Source: an uncultured Nitrospiraceae bacterium
Lineage (GTDB): Bacteria > Nitrospirota > Thermodesulfovibrionia > Thermodesulfovibrionales > UBA6898
NCBI GenBank assembly: GCA_963811165.1
Contig: CAWEQH010000004.1
Location: 800,001-864,000 of the forward strand
Direction: 5' to 3'
Length of the DNA: 64,000 nucleotides
The position numbers were made by a program, and so were the translations under genes. Shown here one piece after another: positions 60,676 through 64,000 of the stretch (positions are counted from its first letter, which is position 1; every line of letters starts with the position of its first letter). The notes beneath the pieces were generated by a model. The model was not told the origin of the DNA, did not search any database, and saw only the letters and a program-made list of their open reading frames with translations.

Positions 60676-61914
60676 TTATATGCCTTTTGCTTCATAGATC
60701 GGGCGGACTCTCTCTCTCAGCCCGTCGAGTTTGCCGGCAAAAAAAAGCGACCCTGAAATCGCGCAGATCCCTGCCGCCAGGACTGTGTGCGGTGCGCCGA
60801 TTTTACTTGCCAGCCAGCCGGCAAATAAACTCCCGAAGGGCGTCGTGCCCATAAAAGCCAGTGTAAAAAGGCTCATAACCCTGCCCCTCTTGTCATCATC
60901 GACGATTGTCTGCAAAATAGTATTGCATGCCGCCATCTGAACCATAATTCCAAAACCAATGAAAATCATCATCAGCATCGAAAGCCAAAGATGCCTCGAA
61001 AAGGAAAAGGCAATCACTCCGAAGCCGAAGACTAACGCTGCGGTAACGATCACTCTTCCGAGGCCCCTTACATTTCTCCGCGACGCCAGATACACGCTGC
61101 CGGTAAGTGCGCCGACACCCGAAAAACCCATAAGAAAGCCGAGGGTATTCGGCCCTCCATGCAAAATCTCCCCTGCAAATACGGGCATCAGGACTTGATA
61201 CGATATTGCCGTGAGACTCATCAGCGCCAGAAGTGATAAAAGAGATCTGATAGGTGAAAAGCCGAAAGCGTATGCAAAACCTTCCTTTATTTCACCGAAG
61301 ATCCTGGACCGATGCGATATACGTTCGCCCGGCTGCATTCTCATCGCAAGCAAGGCGCCCAATACCGCCAGATAACTGACCCCGTTGAGAAAAAAACAGG
61401 CCCCTTCGCCCATTACGGCAATCATTATTCCCGCTAGGGAAGGGCCAACCAGCCTTGCGCCGTTGACGAGCGACGAGTTTAATGCAATCGCGTTGCCCAG
61501 GTCCTCCCTCTGCTCGATCATCTCGATCACGAACGACTGGCGCGTAGGGATATCAAATGCAGTGATACAACCCAGAAACGCGCTCAGAAACAGGATATGC
61601 CAAACCTCGATTCTTCCGGTCAAAACCAGAAACGAAAGAATGAGGGCCTGAAGCATTGCCAGCGACTGAATAACAATCAGCTTGCGGAGGCGATTTCCCC
61701 TGTCTGCCAGCACCCCCGCCAGCGGCGTCATGACAAGGGACGGTATCTGGCTGAAAAAGCCTACAGTGCCCATAAGGACTGTAGACCTCGTCAGGCGGTA
61801 GACAAGCCAGCTCATTGCCAGGGTCTGCATCCAGGTCCCCACGAGAGAAACTCCCTGTCCTGCGAAGTAGAGCCGGTAATTTCTGTGCCGGAGTGCACGA
61901 AGAGTATGCCTCAC
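60676..61914 (-). CDS. MFS transporter (MFS_3/DHA3-like)
   Basis: LRHRNYRLYF.GQ..S..GTWMQ, GVLADR, RGRVMS; GTG overlaps the tetR stop. Confidence 0.92.
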   Translation of the reverse strand: MRHTLRALRHRNYRLYFAGQGVSLVGTWMQTLAMSWLVYRLTRSTVLMGTVGFFSQIPSLVMTPLAGVLADRGNRLRKLIVIQSLAMLQALILSFLVLTGRIEVWHILFLSAFLGCITAFDIPTRQSFVIEMIEQREDLGNAIALNSSLVNGARLVGPSLAGIMIAVMGEGACFFLNGVSYLAVLGALLAMRMQPGERISHRSRIFGEIKEGFAYAFGFSPIRSLLSLLALMSLTAISYQVLMPVFAGEILHGGPNTLGFLMGFSGVGALTGSVYLASRRNVRGLGRVIVTAALVFGFGVIAFSFSRHLWLSMLMMIFIGFGIMVQMAACNTILQTIVDDDKRGRVMSLFTLAFMGTTPFGSLFAGWLASKIGAPHTVLAAGICAISGSLFFAGKLDGLRERVRPIYEAKGI

Positions 61915-62555
61915 TGTCGACCCACCCCGCTTTCGGCTTTTCCCATTCCCGCACCCGCAAAAGAGACCAGCATCTCAATCAGGGTTTCGGAATCTGTTTC
62001 AAAGTTCTTCTTCAATGTCCCATATCCGGGGCTCGAGTTCATGCGTATGGCGCGGCCAAGCGCACCGATCAGAAACTGATATCTCCAGAAGACTTCCTGT
62101 CCGGTCAGATCGGGGAGGGCTGCCCCGAGCAATTCGAGCATAATCTGGTTTGCCGGTTTCATATGCCGCAGCAATATCTTTTGTACGGTGTTGTCAGGCT
62201 CCGTGAATGCCCTTCCGATAAGGTTTGTAAAATCCGCCCAGCCCCTCTCTGATTCGCCCGCGCCGAAGACCGGCTCGATATACGCCCGGAGAATCTCTGA
62301 AAGATCAGGTTTTATGTTCCGCTCTCCCGACCTGTTTCGTATCTCCTGCAATCTCTTGAGCCTGAACTCATTTACAGGCCGCAATCTCCGCGCGATAACC
62401 GCCTCAAGCAACGCCTCTTTGGAGCCGAAGTGATAATTTACGAGGGCCAGATTCACTCCGGCACTCTCCGTTATCGCCCTCATCGATGAGGCATGGTATC
62501 CCGAGCGCGCGAAAAGGACTTCGGCAGCGTTGAGAATCTCTTCCTTGGTATCCAC
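61911..62555 (-). CDS. TetR/AcrR family regulator (PsrA-like)
   Basis: TKEEILNAAEVLFA..G...SMRAIT..AGVNLA.VNYHFGSKE; GTG 62555 follows GAGG. Confidence 0.92.
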   Translation of the reverse strand: MDTKEEILNAAEVLFARSGYHASSMRAITESAGVNLALVNYHFGSKEALLEAVIARRLRPVNEFRLKRLQEIRNRSGERNIKPDLSEILRAYIEPVFGAGESERGWADFTNLIGRAFTEPDNTVQKILLRHMKPANQIMLELLGAALPDLTGQEVFWRYQFLIGALGRAIRMNSSPGYGTLKKNFETDSETLIEMLVSFAGAGMGKAESGVGRQ

Positions 62556-62577
62556 AAAAAACCTCTTAAATGTTTGT

Positions 62578-62623
62578 TTTAAACGTACGTTTAAATATAC
62601 CCGAGGGCACCTGTCCGTGTCAA
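62578..62623 (-). promoter_or_regulatory. Sigma70-type promoter with overlapping palindromic TetR operator
   Basis: TTGACA (62623-62618), 18 nt, TATATT (62599-62594); perfect 18-bp palindrome TTTAAACGTACGTTTAAA at 62578-62595. Confidence 0.75.
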
Positions 62624-62741
62624 GAATGAATAGCTGGGTTTTCTTGGAAGGGGTGTGAAAACCGGTCGGGAATCCACTTTTTGTCAAAGACGCCTTTTAC
62701 TCTTGCCGAAGGCCTATTGGGAAAAAAAGTGATTCCGCGCC

Positions 62742-63167
62742 TTAACTATCCTGTCGAGGGTTTTTCTCGGGCTTGCTTTCTGTCTCTAATGTCTGGAGGC
62801 TGTCCCAGAAGGACGCGGCCGGGGCTTTTTGGCCCGTAAGGGCCTTGAACCTGTGAGACGACGGTTTGTCCTGTGTCCTTTTGTATGCACTTTGCAAAGC
62901 GTAGCGCACCTGATACCGGTAAAGAGAAAGTTTCCGGTAACGCGGATAGAGCTCTTTAAAATTGGGGAGGGCCCTCAGCCTGTCACCCCAGGACATGATT
63001 ATGTCTGTAGCTTGTTCGACCGGAATGCCTGTCTCGCGGCAGATAAGTCCGAACGAATAAGAGATATCATGAATGCCCTTTTCCGATTTCGGCAAAATGT
63101 TCAGCAAAATCTTAAGGGCGTCCTGTGCCGCCCTTTTGTCTCCTTTATTAATATCGGCCATACCCAA
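62742..63167 (-). CDS. Hypothetical helical protein, weakly primase-C-terminal (PriCT)-like
   Basis: 141-aa ORF filling the gap; G.H...F.L...G...E.A...I..W...V...L.SAY pattern. Confidence 0.5.
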   Translation of the reverse strand: MGMADINKGDKRAAQDALKILLNILPKSEKGIHDISYSFGLICRETGIPVEQATDIIMSWGDRLRALPNFKELYPRYRKLSLYRYQVRYALQSAYKRTQDKPSSHRFKALTGQKAPAASFWDSLQTLETESKPEKNPRQDS

Positions 63168-63385
63168 TGTTCCCGTAGTTCTTTAATCATACAAGTGTTC
63201 CTTCAGGGAAGACAATATTTTTTTTGACGGTAGTTTATTATAGACATAAGGCAATTATGTCGGCAGGAGGATGAAGTTGGCCCTGCCGTTAGTATCTGCG
63301 CCTTTGCCTGCGCAACATATCCCCGTGTTATGGTTGACTTTTTGCGTGTAGATAGGTTTTAATATCTTTTCGGAGGTGAAATGAA

Positions 63386-63700
63386 ATGTATGCGGTAATC
63401 GAAACCGGAGGACAGCAGCATAAGGTCTCTCCCGGAGAAACACTAAGGGTACAGAAGATTGCAGGTACGGAGAAGGAAATCAGTATCGATAAGGTTCTAT
63501 TGATATCGAAGGATGATGGTGTTCAGGTCGGGTCCCCGTTTGTGAAGAATGCGGCGGTCAAGGCCGAAGTGGTGGGCCATGGGAGGCATGCCAAGGTCAT
63601 TGTGTATAAGCAGAAGCCGCGGAAGGGCTACAGGAAGCTAAACGGCCACCGGCAGGACTATACTGTTCTGAAAATTAAAGATATCGTCTTCGGAGGATAA
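63386..63700 (+). CDS. rplU: 50S ribosomal protein L21
   Basis: [11 protein letters not shown]...GHRQDYT. Confidence 0.98.
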   Translation: MYAVIETGGQQHKVSPGETLRVQKIAGTEKEISIDKVLLISKDDGVQVGSPFVKNAAVKAEVVGHGRHAKVIVYKQKPRKGYRKLNGHRQDYTVLKIKDIVFGG

Positions 63701-63701
63701 C

Positions 63702-63965
63702 ATGGCACATAAAAAGGGTGTGGGAAGTTCGAGGAACGGCCGCGACAGCAATTCGCAGCGACTCGGGGTAAAAAAGTTCGGCGGGCAGACCGTCAAGGCT
63801 GGAAACATTCTGGTCAGGCAGAGAGGGACCAAATTTCATCCGGGCAATAACGTAGGAAAAGGTTCCGACGATACCCTTTTTGCTCTGGTAGATGGCGTCG
63901 TGAACTTCGAGAGAAAAGACAGGGACAGGTTGAAGATAAGCGTATATCCCCGGGCACAAGAATAG
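63702..63965 (+). CDS. rpmA: 50S ribosomal protein L27
   Basis: [16 protein letters not shown]...[10 protein letters not shown]. Confidence 0.99.
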   Translation: MAHKKGVGSSRNGRDSNSQRLGVKKFGGQTVKAGNILVRQRGTKFHPGNNVGKGSDDTLFALVDGVVNFERKDRDRLKISVYPRAQE

Positions 63966-64000
63966 TCAAAAAAACTATAAAACGTTTATGAAAGGGCAGA

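Noticed and set aside
63255..63320. Possible ribosomal-protein leader upstream of rplU
   Set aside because: Only short hairpins; it cannot be supported without a covariance search.

Overview
Bacterial genomic window, probably from an anaerobic or microaerobic Gram-negative lineage such as Nitrospirota or Desulfobacterota (an impression from gene repertoire only). It has five parts. (1) 1-13.3 kb: two paralogous giant Ser/Thr/Gly-rich IPT/TIG-repeat surface proteins, the first truncated by the window edge. (2) 13.5-38.6 kb: a co-directional glycan biosynthesis and modification cluster (GT-C, GT2/GT4, Wzx, O-antigen ligase/Wzy-like, three deacetylase-like genes, formyltransferase, WecB, WbpA, beta-helix protein, atypical metallophosphoesterase, GAF-GGDEF). 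(3) 38.8-44.3 kb: two duplicated FN3/InlB-repeat surface-protein genes behind three c-di-GMP-I riboswitches, one single and one tandem pair with terminator and RBS-sequestering platforms. (4) 45-54 kb: a FadL, SAM methyltransferase, V4R-GAF-HD-GYP, PilZ-GNAT-like and PAS-GGDEF-EAL module that may be an undescribed lipid-signal/c-di-GMP circuit. (5) 54.6-64 kb: TetR-MFS-RND efflux genes (acrB/oprM-like genes broken by probable assembly indels; a REP-like element sits in the oprM 5' end), a small ORFan and rplU-rpmA. No CRISPR, tRNA, rRNA or transposase was seen. All domain calls come from motif recognition by eye, not from database searches.
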